DNA of 64,000 bases from the NCBI RefSeq assembly GCF_009914755.1, contig NC_060926.1; one strand, written 5' to 3'. The DNA comes from the human T2T-CHM13v2.0 reference genome, Homo sapiens. Shown piece by piece: positions 33,352-50,282 of this stretch. Numbering within the stretch: the stretch's first letter is position 1; every line of letters starts with the position of its first letter. The notes below the pieces were generated by a model, which was not told the DNA's origin, searched no databases, and saw only the letters and a program-made list of their open reading frames with translations. The position numbers and the translations under genes were made by a program.

Positions 33352-35390
33352 ACTATTGTCTTCCCCGCTGGATATTTAAAACAACACCACAAGCAAGGGG
33401 CGTCAAACCATCTGCTAAATTTGAGGGAATGTTATCCTCTCCCCACTCCCCCGGCCCCAGATATTAGAGACAATAACACAGGGGTAATGTATACCCACTG
33501 CTTTATTGAGAGTAATATCATCCTCTCCCTTCTTGGATATTAGGAACAACATTACATTGTGCGTGAACGTCTGTCCCGAAAATCAATGGAATGTCATCCT
33601 GTGCCTCCATGGATATGACGAACAATATCACAGGGGATGTACAACTTCTAAGATATTGGCAGTGATATCATCCTCTCCCCTCTGGAAGTTAGGGACAATA
33701 TCACAGGGGTAGTGTACAGCCTCTGGGATGTTGGAACTAATATCATCCTCCCGCCCACTGGATATTAAAAACCATATCACAAGGGGCGTGTACACACACT
33801 TTGATACTGGTATTAATACCATCGTCTCCCTCTTTGGATAATCCGTGCCATATTTCAGGTGGGGTATACACCACCTGCAATATTGGAAGTAATATGATTT
33901 TCTCCACCCCCCGGATATCAGAAACAATATCACAGGGGGGTGTCAACAACCCCTGCGATATTTGCAGTAATATCATAGTCTCCTCTTATGAATATTAAGA
34001 ACAATATCGTAGGGGTGGGGGGTGTACACCCCCTTTCATATTTGATATCATCCTCTTCCCCCCTGGATATTAGGAACAATATCAGGAAGGGATGTACAGA
34101 TCCTGCGAACTTTGCTGTCATATAATTGTCTCTCCCCTAGGTATTAGGACAAATGTCACTGGGGATGTGAACAGCCCTGCGATATTGGGAATAGTATCAT
34201 CCTCTCCACCCTTGCATATTGGGAACAACATCACAGGTGGGGTGTACTGCCTCTGCGATATTGGGAGTAAAATTTTCCTCTCTTCCCCTGGACATTAGGA
34301 AGGGTATCAGAGGGGGAGGGTGTACATTCCCTGCGATATTCAATGTAACCTTATCCTCTCCCTCCCAGGGTATTCAGAACAATAGGACAGGAGGGATGTA
34401 CACCCCCTGCGATATTGAGAGTCATATCATCCTCTTTTGCTCTAGATATTAAAAACAATGTCACAGGGTTATGTACACCCCCTGCGACATTGGGAGTAAT
34501 ATCATCCTCTCTCCTTGTAGATATTAGGAAGAGTATCACAGGGCTGTGTAAACCCCCTGCGGTACTGGGAGTAATATCATCTTCTCTCCCTCTGGATATT
34601 AGGAAGATTTTCACAAGGGTGTGTACTCCCCCTGCGATATTGGGAGTAATATCATCCTCTCCACCCAGGAAATGACTAAAAGGTCACTGGGGTTGTACTC
34701 CCCCTGCGATATTGGGAGTAATGTCGTCCTCCCGAAACCTGGATGTTAGCAACAAGATCACAGAGGGGGTGTACACACCCACCCTGCGACATTGGAAATA
34801 ATAATGATCCTCTCCCCACCTAGATATTGGGAAAGATATCACAGCGCGGGTATACATTTCTGACACTGTTGGAAGTAATATCATTCTTTTCATTTCTGGA
34901 TATTAGGAAGAATATCACAGGGGTGCTGTACAATTACTTCGATATTGGGAGTAATATCATCCTCTATTTTCCTGGATATTGGGCCCAAAAACACAAAAAG
35001 GTGTACAAACCCTGCGATATTGGGAGTAACAGCACACTCTCCTTCCCCGGATGTTAGAAAACAATATCATCAGGGCTGAACACCCCCTGCGAAAATGGGA
35101 GTCATATTGACTCTTTCACAGGCCATTTGGAACAATATCACAGGGGGTGTTTACAAACAGGGGTGGTGTACACCCCCTGGGATATTGGGAGTAACATCAT
35201 TCTCTCCACCTCCGGATATTAAGAACAATATCCCGGCAGGAGGTGATACACCCCCAGTGATATTGGGAATAATGTCATCCTCTCCTTCCTGTATTCGGAA
35301 CAATATCACAAGGGGGTGTACACCTTCCATGATATTGGAAGCAATATCATCCTCTCCCTCGCTGGATATTAGAAAAAAATATCACTCACG
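33352..35390 (+). repeat. SATR-type satellite, ~73-bp monomer (type A)
   Basis: Tandem diverged units ~ggatattaggaacaatatcacaggggggtgtacacccccctgcgatattgggagtaatatcatcctctcccccct. Confidence 0.9.
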
Positions 35391-36856
35391 GTGTACAACC
35401 ACTGTGATATTAGGAAGAATATTACAGAGTGTACACCCACTCCGACTTTAGGAGAAATAGCTCCCTCAAATGTCACAAATAATTCCACAGGGTATACACT
35501 GATATCTCCCTAGGATATTACAAATACTATCACAGGGTGTACACCCACTGTGATAACAGGAGTGATATCTCCCTAGGATATTACGAGTAACATCACAGAA
35601 TGTACACCTATGGTGTGCACCCACGGTGACATTAGGTGTAATATCAAACCAGGACATAACCAATAAGACCACAGGGAGTACATACATGATGTACACCGAC
35701 AGTGATGTTACGAGAACTGTCTCCCTAGGATAATACGAATAACATCGCAGAGTGGACACACATGGTATACACCCACTGTGGCACTGGGACTAATAACTTT
35801 CTAAGATATTACAAATAGCATCACAGAATAGAAACACATGGTGTACACCCACTGTAACACAAGGTGTAATTTCTCCCTAGGATATTACGAGTGACATCTC
35901 AGTGCGTACACACATGGTAAACACCCACTGTGACATTAAGGGTAATATCCCCCTAGGATATTACCAATAACATCACAGGGTGTCCACCCATGGTGTACAC
36001 GCTCTGTGATGTTAGGGATAATAACTCCCTAGGATATGATGAATAATACCACAGGGTGTACAGAAACTGTGATATTAGAGGTAATATCGCTCTAGGATAT
36101 TATGAATAATATCACAGGGTGTACACCCACTGTGATACTGGGAGCAATATCTCTCTAGGATAGTACAAATAATATCACAGAGTGGACACCCACTGTGATA
36201 TTAGGAGAAATATCTCTCTGGGATATTACAAATCATATCACAGAGTGTACACACGTGGTGTACATCCACTTTGCTATTAGGAGTAATATCTTCCTAGGAC
36301 ATTACAAATAACATCGCAGAGTGTACACCCACTGTAATATTAGGAATCGTATTTCCCTAGGTGATTACAAATACTATCACAGGGTGTACACCCACTGTGA
36401 TATTAGGAGTAATATCCTCCTAGGGTATTACAAATAATTTCACAGTCTGTACACACATGGTGTACACTCACTGTGATATTAGGAGTAATATCTACCTAGT
36501 GGATAACAAATAACATCGCAGGGTGTACACCCACTTTGATATTAGCTGTAATATTTTTCTAAGTTGTTACAAATAAGATCACAGGGTGTGCAAACATGGT
36601 GTACACTCGCTGTGATATCAGGAGTCGTATCTCCATAATATATTATGAATCATATCACAGGTCGTACACCCACTGTATTATTAGGAGTGATATCTCTGTA
36701 GGATATTACAATTAATATCACAGGGTGTAGAGCCACCGTGATATTAGGAGCAATATCTTTCTAGGATATTACAAACAATATCACAGGGTGTACGCTCACT
36801 CTGCTGTCAGGAGCAATATCTCCCTAGGATATCAAAAATCCTATCACAGGGTGTAC
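35391..36856 (+). repeat. SATR-type satellite, ~63-bp monomer (type B; some units +12 bp)
   Basis: Units ~ggatattacgaataatatcacagggtgtacacccactgtgatattaggagtaatatctcccta. Confidence 0.9.
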
Positions 36857-37074
36857 AATCTCTGCCTTCCAGGTTCTAAGGGATTCTCCTGCTTCAGCCT
36901 CCCGAGTAGCTAGGGTTACCCGCCAGCACGCCCGGCTAATTTTTTTTTATTTTCACTGGAGACGGGGTTTCACCACGTTGGCCAGGCTGGTCTGGAACTC
37001 CTGACCTCAGGTGATCCATCAGCCTCGGCCGCCCAAAGTGCTGGGATTACAGGTGTGAGCCATGGCGCTCGGCC
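36855..37074 (-). mobile_element. Alu fragment truncated and fused to the satellite
   Basis: Antisense Alu starts abruptly at caatctctgccttcc with no tail; the same junction recurs at 57,913. Confidence 0.85.
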
Positions 37075-37704
37075 AAGAGTTATATATTAAATTCATTTGG
37101 AAACACAGCTCCCATATTTGAGTGTGCATGTACTTCTATGAAGAAATGATGTCAGAAAACCTAAGGATGATAATAAATATGAAAAGTAACAGGCATGTGA
37201 AAAGGTGTTCCGATTGAGAACTCTAAGGTTCGATTTCGTTTTTAGATAATGGGGTCCTAGCTCTTGTGTCGTCCTTTTACATATTCTACGTCAAAGGAAT
37301 TTGTAGCACGGTGTCAGAATAAAACAGAGTGTATTTCACGGCTTCTTAATTTCTTTCAATTAGACTGAGATCTTTTTCTTAAAGAGAGAAGGACATTTTC
37401 ACTGCATTGTATTTTTTCTGAAAAGAGTAGGCCGTATTTTACTGAGATCACGGATTTGGTCTTCTAATATTCTTCAGTGGATTTTCTCTAAAGTAGTATG
37501 TACAGAAAGACTTGTATAGCAAAAAAGTAAACCACGTAATAATTCTGAGATTTTTGGATTTGTCACAACTGAGAAACATTGCTGGCGGTGTATGGTCCGC
37601 AAGTGTGAAAATGTTCCTTGTGAGTTGCTCGCATCCAGCATTAAGGGCTGGTTTTTATCTTTTATTTTTCCAATCCTCTTTCCTTCTCAAGGTGTCCAAG
37701 ACAC

Positions 37705-38695
37705 ACGGAGCCACGGAATCTCACAGGTGTCTGAGAATTCCTCCTCCTGGGACTCTCAGAGGATCCAGAACTGCTGCCGGTCCTCGCTTTGCTGTCCCTG
37801 TCCCTGTCCATGTATCTGGTCATGGTGCTGAGGAACCTGCTCAGCATCCTGGCTGTCAGCTCTGACTCCCCTCCACACCCCCGTGTACTTCTTCCTCTCC
37901 AACCTGTGCTGGGCTGACATCGGTTTCACCTCGCCCACGGTTCCCAAGATGATTGTGGACATGCAGTCGCATAGCAGAGTCATCTCTCATGCGGGCTGCC
38001 TGGCACAGATGTCTTTCTTGGTCCTTTTTGCATGTATAGAAGACATGCTCCTGACTGTGATGGCCTATGACAGCTTTGTAGCCATCTGTCACCCTCTGCA
38101 CTACCCAGTCATCATGAATCCTCACCTCTGTGTCTTCTTCGTTTTGGTGTCCTTTTTCCTTAGCCTGTTGGATTCCCAGCTGCACGGTTGGATTGTGTTA
38201 CAATTCACCATCATCAAGAATGTGGAAATCTCTAATTTTCTCTGTGACCCCTCTCAACTTCTCAAACTTGCCTGTTCTGACAGCGTCACCAATAGCATAT
38301 TCATATATTTTGATAGTACTATGTTTGGTTTTCTTCCCATTTCAGGGATCCTTTTGTCTTAGTATAAAATTGTCCCCTCCATTCTAAGGATGTCATCGTC
38401 AGATGGGAAGTATAAAGCCTTCACCACCTGTGGCTCTCACCTAGCAGTTGTTTGCTGATTTGATGGAACAGGCATTGGCATGTACCTGACTTCAGCTCTG
38501 TCACCACCCCCCAGGAATGGTGTGGCGGCGTCAGTGATGTACGCTGTGGTCACCCCCATGCTGAACCTTTTCATCTACAGCCTGAGAAACAGGGACATAC
38601 AAAGTGCCCTGCGGAGGCTGCGCAGCAGAACAGTGGAATCTCATGATCTGTTCCATCCTTTTTCTTGTGTGGGTGAGAAAGGGCAACCACATTAA
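37705..38695 (+). pseudogene. OR7E89P: Olfactory receptor family 7E pseudogene (copy 1)
   Basis: [22 protein letters not shown]...YFFLSNL...MAYDSFVAICHPLHY...[10 protein letters not shown]...[14 protein letters not shown]. Start is ACG instead of ATG; stops at ~37,732, 38,360 and 38,456; 2-bp frameshift near 37,870. Family call is strong; the symbol comes from recalled locus order and is tentative. Confidence 0.9.
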
Positions 38696-39457
38696 ATCTC
38701 TGCATCTGCAAATCCTGCCCCTTAGTCACATTCTTTTTGTGGCTTGATGGCTTTTATTCCTTTCTGCATTTCCTTTGTGAATATTGCTTTCTTCGTTATG
38801 CCTTTAACTGGAATGGGTCAGTATTCTGGGATCCTCTGTTTAGCAGGAACCTCATGACAGAATCCTCTATACCTAGGCGGCCTCTTTTAGTTTCTGAGCA
38901 ATAACCCTGTCATCCAGGTGGAATCACAACCATCTTTTTATATACACGAAGTCCTCTCTTCATTTTGGAATTCCCTGAAGACTGACTTTATGGAAACAAT
39001 GTACAGGAGGTCCTCCAACACCACTGGTTGTTCAAAGTTGTGTAGTTATACTGTTGATGAAAAATAAGTGGTTTCACTATACATCATTTTGCTTCAAGGT
39101 GAAGTTTCCAAGAGACTTTCAAAGATGTTAAGTGAGGACATACTGTAAATCAAATTCATATCCTCTTCCAGAGTTCATGTGGAATTTCTTTATAAACTGC
39201 TTCTAGAGAATCGATTTAGGCAGGTTACGTGTAGAGATCCAGGTCGCCATTCCTCAATCTTGGCTTTGAGTCAAATCACCTGGGGAGCTTACAAATGGTG
39301 AGGCCTGGGTCTCAATACCTGAGATTCTGATTTCCTTGCACCTATGTGAGTATGTGGATTTTTTTTTTCTTTTAAACCACCGGAGGTGGTTCCAAAGACG
39401 AAGTTTTCAGAGGCATCAAGCTCCAATGAGTAAGAACAGAAATTAATTGTGATATGA

Positions 39458-39916
<459 letters not shown>

Positions 39917-40069
39917 TAGATTTATACACACATTGATTGCTGCTTTGTTATACACTTGCATATACCTAAGATGGGAAATAGAAAAGAATAAAATGGGCAC
40001 AGTATCCCTGAAGTTTCACATTCCGAGACATTTTAAAAATATTTGCTCTTTAGAAATTTGTTTCAGTTA

Positions 40070-43170
<3,101 letters not shown>

Positions 43171-44590
43171 TCTATTTATAATTTTTAGGATTTATACGTG
43201 GTATATTTTCCCATACTAAAAGATGAAAATTAAAGCACTTGGATCTTGAAAAAGAAAAGAAAGAAGCGAAGAATCCACACAAGCTCTCTCCTGATTAGAG
43301 GAAGAGCCCCAAAACTTCTGTGGACACTGACTTTTCCCTTCTTCTTCTTGCATGATTATGAGGAAATCCTTAGAGGTTGGGGAACTTGGGCGACTCTGGC
43401 TAATGAGGAGCTCTATGCCTTGAGACCCCCAGGCCATAGAATAGTAAATACTCAGTCTGTGCCTCCAGCCCTGCAGTGTGAGGTTGCAGTCCTGTGGGCT
43501 CCACACCCGTCACCTGTATCAGGAGGCTCATGTCTCGGCCTGTCTTCTTGCCAGCCTTGAGGACGGAGGCTGAGCCTCCCATGTGCACCACGCAGGGAGG
43601 ACAGTGGACCTGTTCTCCGTGGTCATGGCCCAGCAGAGGGGAAGGGCAGTTCAGTGAGTGCTGAGGGACGGTTGGGAGCCTTGTTTGTTTCCTCATCCTC
43701 AGGACAAACGGGAGAGTGCCGTGGGCAGATGGGAGGAGACCAATGTGCAAACTGTCAGCTCAGCAGACCGTGGAGTTTCTGTTCTTGGTTGGGGTGGGGG
43801 GTCTCTCTCAGAAATCTTATTCAAAACTGTGCTTCCCTCCCCCACTGGTTGTCCTTTTCATAGACATCTCACCCACGCGAGCAGGGAAAGAGTCCCTCTA
43901 AACTATTCCCTGAGAACAACAAAAAGATGATGAAGATGATGATGAGGATAAAGAGGATGATGACAGACACCACGGCAACATGAACCCTTACTGAGGGCTT
44001 CCTAAAGGCCAGGCTCTGAGCTCTGTGGTCTATGCTACTTGTTTCATTTCATCTGCATAGTCTCCCAGTTATCAGTGCACATTTCATGATTATTTTGCAG
44101 ACTAGAAAAGGAGCAACACATTTTCATGTAACTTGTACCAGATCATGAAGTCAAAAACGGTGAAGTCCAATTTGAACTAGGCAGTCTAAGGCCAGACACA
44201 TGGCATTTGGCCATTCCTCTCCCTGCATCCAACCTGCCCCCTCCAATCCTTGTCACTCAGGCCGATGCCCCTGCTCACTGTGCCCTTCCCTTTGGGGGTT
44301 CCTTGTAGACCACAGCTAGACCAGTGGGTGCCATAAGCACTGTGTCAAGTATGGAAAGGGCAGCTGAGATCACATCAAAGATTCCAGAAAGAATTGGCAC
44401 AGGATCATTCGGGATGCATCTCTCCCTTGCCCCTGTTCCTGGCTTTGCTTACAGCTCTCGACTTCCTCCAAGGAGTCATCAATTCGGGGTTTGGCTTCCA
44501 TTCCTATTGAGGAAGCTGGAAACCATTTCAAAAATGCTCCTCAGATGTGCCTGTGGTTAAGACCTCTGAGCTCTGTTGAAAACTTTTGGA

Positions 44591-44928
<338 letters not shown>

Positions 44929-45459
44929 TCAGGTTTAGTGCCCGGGACTTAGAGTCTGGCCATTAATTTTCAACACCACCTTTCCTACTTATCTGTATGG
45001 CAAGGGCTGAGACGTCCATCCTCTGAGACTCAGCACTCTCATCTCAGTTGATTTCTAGTTGATCCAATGGAAGTGAGCGATGATGAAACCGATCGTGGCT
45101 GCCCGCTGCGTGATCTCTATGTGATGGATGCATAAAGTCAAGGCAAAGTGAATTTTAGATACATTCGTTAATATTTTCAGCTTAAACTCCATACGGTTCG
45201 ACGGAAATATCCCCTGACCTGAAGTTCTGGTTTCCCTGCATTCCAGACCGGACATTTTCTTTTGTCCTTATCTCAGTAAGTACTGAGTATTGTGAGAGGA
45301 ACAAGTGAGTCTCTTTTGTTTCTGATTCCCCAGAGCCTATATCTTGCTTGGCACATAGGAGATAGCCAGAGTAAACATCTACGTGAATTATTGAATTGAC
45401 ACTTCCTTGGTTCACAAAAATTGGCTGTCATCAGTGTGACGTCAGTGTGACAGAGCGTG

Positions 45460-45763
<304 letters not shown>

Positions 45764-46458
45764 AAACGTTCTGATGAAAACGCTAAGTCCACCGAAGCTA
45801 AGGACAGGAGTTATAGCTTCCATGAATTTTAAAACAAGACCCACCGATTTGAGTAAGCAATTCCTCTCTTGAAGGAGAAAAGCCAGAAAACAGAATGATG
45901 AAATCACTAGGATCCAACCGGTCTGTGGAACTATTCTCTGCTTATGAACTATCAACTTTAATTTCATTTCCAGATGGCATGGGCTCAGCAGTTATACAGT
46001 GTTTACAGATGTTCTAAATCAAGGGAATTTGTATCAATCTATTCGAATAAAATAAAATATTTGAGTTCTTAATTTCCTTTAATTAGGATAACCTTTTTCT
46101 TAAAGTGAAGAGAATGGTTTTATTACATAGTTTCCTTCAGTAAAGATAGGCTGTATTTTCTAGCAATTACGAATTTGTTGTATAGGATGATCTGGTTCTT
46201 GGAACATTCTTGAATCTGGTGTCTCTGAGGCAGGTGTGTACAACAAGAAGTGAATAACACAGAAATCAATGATGAAAGCATTAGAAGACAATTGAGTTTG
46301 TCAGAACTGCAAACTATTGCTGAGTGTGGATTGCTCTGAAATCTGAAAACATGACTTGTGAATTGCTTCTATCCAAAACGCAGACATGATGCTGGGGGTC
46401 AGTTTACTTGTTTCCGATTTCTCAACCCTCTTTTCTAGGCAAAAGTTGTCCAATCTCT

Positions 46459-47444
46459 ACAGACCCACAGAATCTAACAGATGTCTCTATATTCCTCCTC
46501 CTAGAAGCTCAGAGGATCCAGAACGGCTGTTCCTGTCCATGTGCCTGGTCACGGTGCTGGGGAACCTGCTCATCATCCTGGCCGTCACCCCTGACTCCCA
46601 CCTCCACATCCCCATGTACTTCTTCCTCTCCAACCTGTCCTTGCCTGACATCGGTTTCACCTCCACCACGGTCCCCAAGATGATTGTGGACATCCAGTCT
46701 CACAGCAGAGTCATCTCCTATGCAGGCTGCCTGACTCAGATGTCTCTCTTTGCCATTTTTGGAGGCATGGAAGAGAGACATGCTCCTGAGTGTGATGGCC
46801 TATGACCGGTTTGTAGCCATCTGTCACCCTCTATGTCATTCAGCCATCACGAACCCGTGTTTCTGTGGCTTTCTAGTTTTGTTGTCTTTTTTTTTTCTCA
46901 GTCTTTTAGACGCCCAGCTGCACAACTTGATTGCCTTACAAAGGACCTGCTTCAAGGATGTGGAAATTCCTAATTTCTTCTGTGACCCTTCTCAATTCCC
47001 CGTCTTGCATGTTGTGGCACCTTCACCAATAACATAATCATGTATTTCCCTGCTGCCATATTTGGTTTTCTTCCCATCTCGGGGACCCTTTTCTCTTACG
47101 ATAAAATTGTTTTCTCCATTCTGAGGGTTTCATCATCAGGTGGGAAGCATAAGGCCTTCTCCACCAGGGGGTCTCACCTGTCAGTTGTTTGCTGATTTTA
47201 TGGAACAGGCATTGGAGGCTACCTCAGTTCAGATGTGTCATCTTCCCCGAGAAAGGCTGCAGTGGCCTCAGTGATGTACACGGTGGCCATCCCCATGCTG
47301 AACCCCTTCATCTACAGCCTGAGAAACAGGGATATTAAAAGTGTCCTGCGGCAGCCGCACGGCAGCACGGTCTCATCTCAATATCTTCTTATCTGTTCCA
47401 TTCCTTTTGTAGTGTGGGTTAAAAAAGGCAGCAAGGTCAAATAA
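46459..47444 (+). pseudogene. OR7E28P: Olfactory receptor family 7E pseudogene (divergent subtype)
   Basis: [15 protein letters not shown]...[46 protein letters not shown]...[13 protein letters not shown]...[14 protein letters not shown]; N-terminal deletion, several frameshifts, and the VVC*F stop. Symbol tentative (recalled locus order). Confidence 0.9.
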
Positions 47445-49415
47445 GAATGATGTCACAGGGTGAACACCCACTGTGATATTAGGAGTAATACCTCCCTAGG
47501 ATACAGAATATACTGTCACAGAGTATACACACATGGGGTACACCTGCTGTGATATTAGAAGCAATATCTCCCTAAAGTACGATGAAAAATATCACAGGGT
47601 GTGCACACTGTGTGATATGAGGAGTAATATTTACCCTGGATATTACGACTCATATCAAGGGTGTACACACCCGGGGTACACGCACTGTGATATCAGGAGT
47701 TGTATCTCCCTAGGATATTATGAATACTATCACAGGGTATACACTATGTGTGTACATCCACTGTGATATTTGAAGTAATATCTCTCTATGAGATTATAAA
47801 TAACATCAAAGCTTGTACACCCCTGTGACATGTTAGGAGTAACATCCTTCCAGGGTATTGCAGATCACGCCACAACGTGTACACCTCCTGTGATGTTTTG
47901 TACACTCTTTGTGACATTAAAAGAAACATCCCCCTAGGATATTATGAATAATAAAACAGGAGGGGTACCCACATGGTGTACACCGCCTGTGTCTTCAGGA
48001 GTAACATTTCCCTAGGATATTACGAATAATATCACAGCAGGTGTACACACATGGTGTACACCCCATGTGACATTTGGAAGAGCATGCCCCTAGGATATTA
48101 GGAATAGTATCACAGGCGTTGAATACGCATTTTTAATGCGTAATGTCACCCCCGGTGACATTAAAAATAACATCCCCCTTGGATATTACGAATAATATGA
48201 CAGGGAGTACACCCCGTGTGACATTTGGAGTAGCATCCCCAAAGGATATAACGGATAATATCAGAGGGTGTACATGCACTGTGACCTTAGCAGTAACATC
48301 TCTTTAGGATATTACAAATAGTATCACAGGGTGTACAGGCATTGTGACATAAGTGGTAACATCCCGCTGGGATATGACGAGTCACATCACAGGGTGTACA
48401 CCCCCATGACAATAGTATCAACATTCCCCTAGAATACTATGAATAATATCACAGGAGGTACAGCCCCTGTGATTTACGAGTAACATGTCTACAGAATATT
48501 ACAACTCATATCACTGTGTGACTCTGTGTACACCCCATGTGACTTTAGGAGGAACATCCCACAAAACTATGATGAAAAATATCACAGGGTGAACACCCCC
48601 TGTGACCTGAGGAATAACGTAGTTTTAGGATATTGTGAATGATGTGACAAGGTGTACACAACCTGTGACGTTAGGAGCAACATCCGTCTAGGATGTTAGG
48701 AAGAATATCACACGGAACACACCTCCTGGGACATTAGGATATGACAAATAATATCACAAAGTGTACACGCATCGTGTCATTAGTGCTAATATCCCTCTGG
48801 TACACTATGAATAATATCACAGGGTGTGCATCCCTGTGACATTAGCAGTAACATCCCCCTAGAATAGTAAGAATAATAACACGGGGTGTACACCACCTGT
48901 GACATGAGGAGTATAGACCCCAGGGAAATTACGAATACTATCACAGGGTGTACAGCCCTGTGACATTAGGAGTAACATCTTTCTAGAACATCACAAATAA
49001 TATCACAATGTGTACACCCCCTGTGTCATTAAAAGTAAAATTGCCCTAGGATATTACGAAACAGAACACAGGGAGTACACCCCGTGTGACATTAGAAGTA
49101 AGAACCCCCGAGGATATAACGAATAAGATCAGAGAATGTACCCGCATTGGGACATCAGTAGTAACATCTCTTCAAGACAATACGAATAATACCAAAGGGT
49201 GTACACGCATTGTGAAATGACTAGTGAACTCCCGCTAGGATATTAGGAATTTGATAACAGGGTCTACACGCCCTGTGACATTAGCAGTAACGTTTTCCTA
49301 GAAGATGACGGAGAATATTAAAGGGTATACAGGACCTATGAATTACGAGCAACATTTCCATAGCATATTGCACGTAGCATCACTGTGTGTACACGCCGTG
49401 TGACATTAGGGGTAA
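47445..49415 (+). repeat. SATR-type satellite, ~63-bp type B (more diverged)
   Basis: Tandem ggatattacgaataatatcacagggtgtacacccctgtgacattaggagtaacatccccta-like units start immediately after the OR7E stop codon. Confidence 0.88.
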
Positions 49416-49920
49416 CAATATCACAGACTGGATGTCCAACCCCTGCGATATTGGTAGTCATATCAGCCTCTCCTCTCCATGGATATTAGGAAGAATATCC
49501 CGGGATGGGTGTACACCTCCTGCTGTATGGGGAGTCATATTGTCCTCTCCCTTCCTGGCTACTAGGAACAATATCGGAGGGTGGGTGTACACAGCCTGCG
49601 ATATTGCGAGTAATATCACCCTCTCCCCCTCTGGATATTAGGAACAATGTCACAGAAGGGGTGTACACTTCCTGCCATACTGGGAGTAATAGCATTCTCT
49701 TCTTCCGTGAATATTAGGAGCAAAATCACCGGGTGCATGCACACCCAGTGCTATATTGGGAGTGACGTCATACTCCACCCCCTGGAGATGATATTCAGAT
49801 CAATATCACCGGCTAGGTGTACACCTACCGCGATATTGAACGTAATATCATGCTCTCTCCCTCCCTGGACATTAGGAGCAATATCACAGGTGGGTGTACA
49901 CCCACTGAGGTATTAGGCCT
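49416..49920 (+). repeat. SATR-type satellite, ~73-bp type A
   Basis: Units as at 33,352; paralogous to 62,957-63,460. Confidence 0.88.
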
Positions 49921-50260
49921 AATAGTAGTATGAATTATTCCTCATTTATTATTAACATGAATATGAATGACTGATATTAATATTACTATTAAGAAATAAT
50001 TGCTAATAAAAAGTTTTCAGAGTATTAATATTAATATTAATTATTAGAAGTTAATATTGCTGTTTTCTAATGAATAAGATCAATATCAGTTATTAATATC
50101 AGGCGTCATTAATCATTAATATTAATCATTTATAGTTATTGTGAGTATAACTATTTAATATTAATCATCATTATTATCGGTATTGATTTTTAAAATTATA
50201 TTATGAGTTATTAATATTGATAATTATTAGTGTCAATTAATAATTGAGATGATTAATTGC
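49921..50260. repeat. AT-rich low-complexity spacer
   Basis: Very AT-rich and dense in attaat/tattaata; paralog at ~63,458-63,790. Confidence 0.85.
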
Positions 50261-50282
50261 GGTAAGTCACATTGCGCCATTC

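Noticed and set aside
33500-35760. Many short ORFs in the satellite (also 49.4-49.9, 54.4-56.4 and 62.4-63.5 kb)
   Set aside because: Repetitive 'ILGVISSSPLDIRNNIT' peptides are translation artefacts of the monomer.
33352-36856. CRISPR-like look of regularly spaced palindromic units
   Set aside because: Eukaryotic context, no cas genes, and no unique spacers: whole monomers are homologous, so this is a satellite.
37883-38362. 159-aa OR ORF as a functional receptor
   Set aside because: Covers only part of the 7-TM fold; start codon lost, flanked by a frameshift and stops, and the MAYDRY/F motif is mutated.
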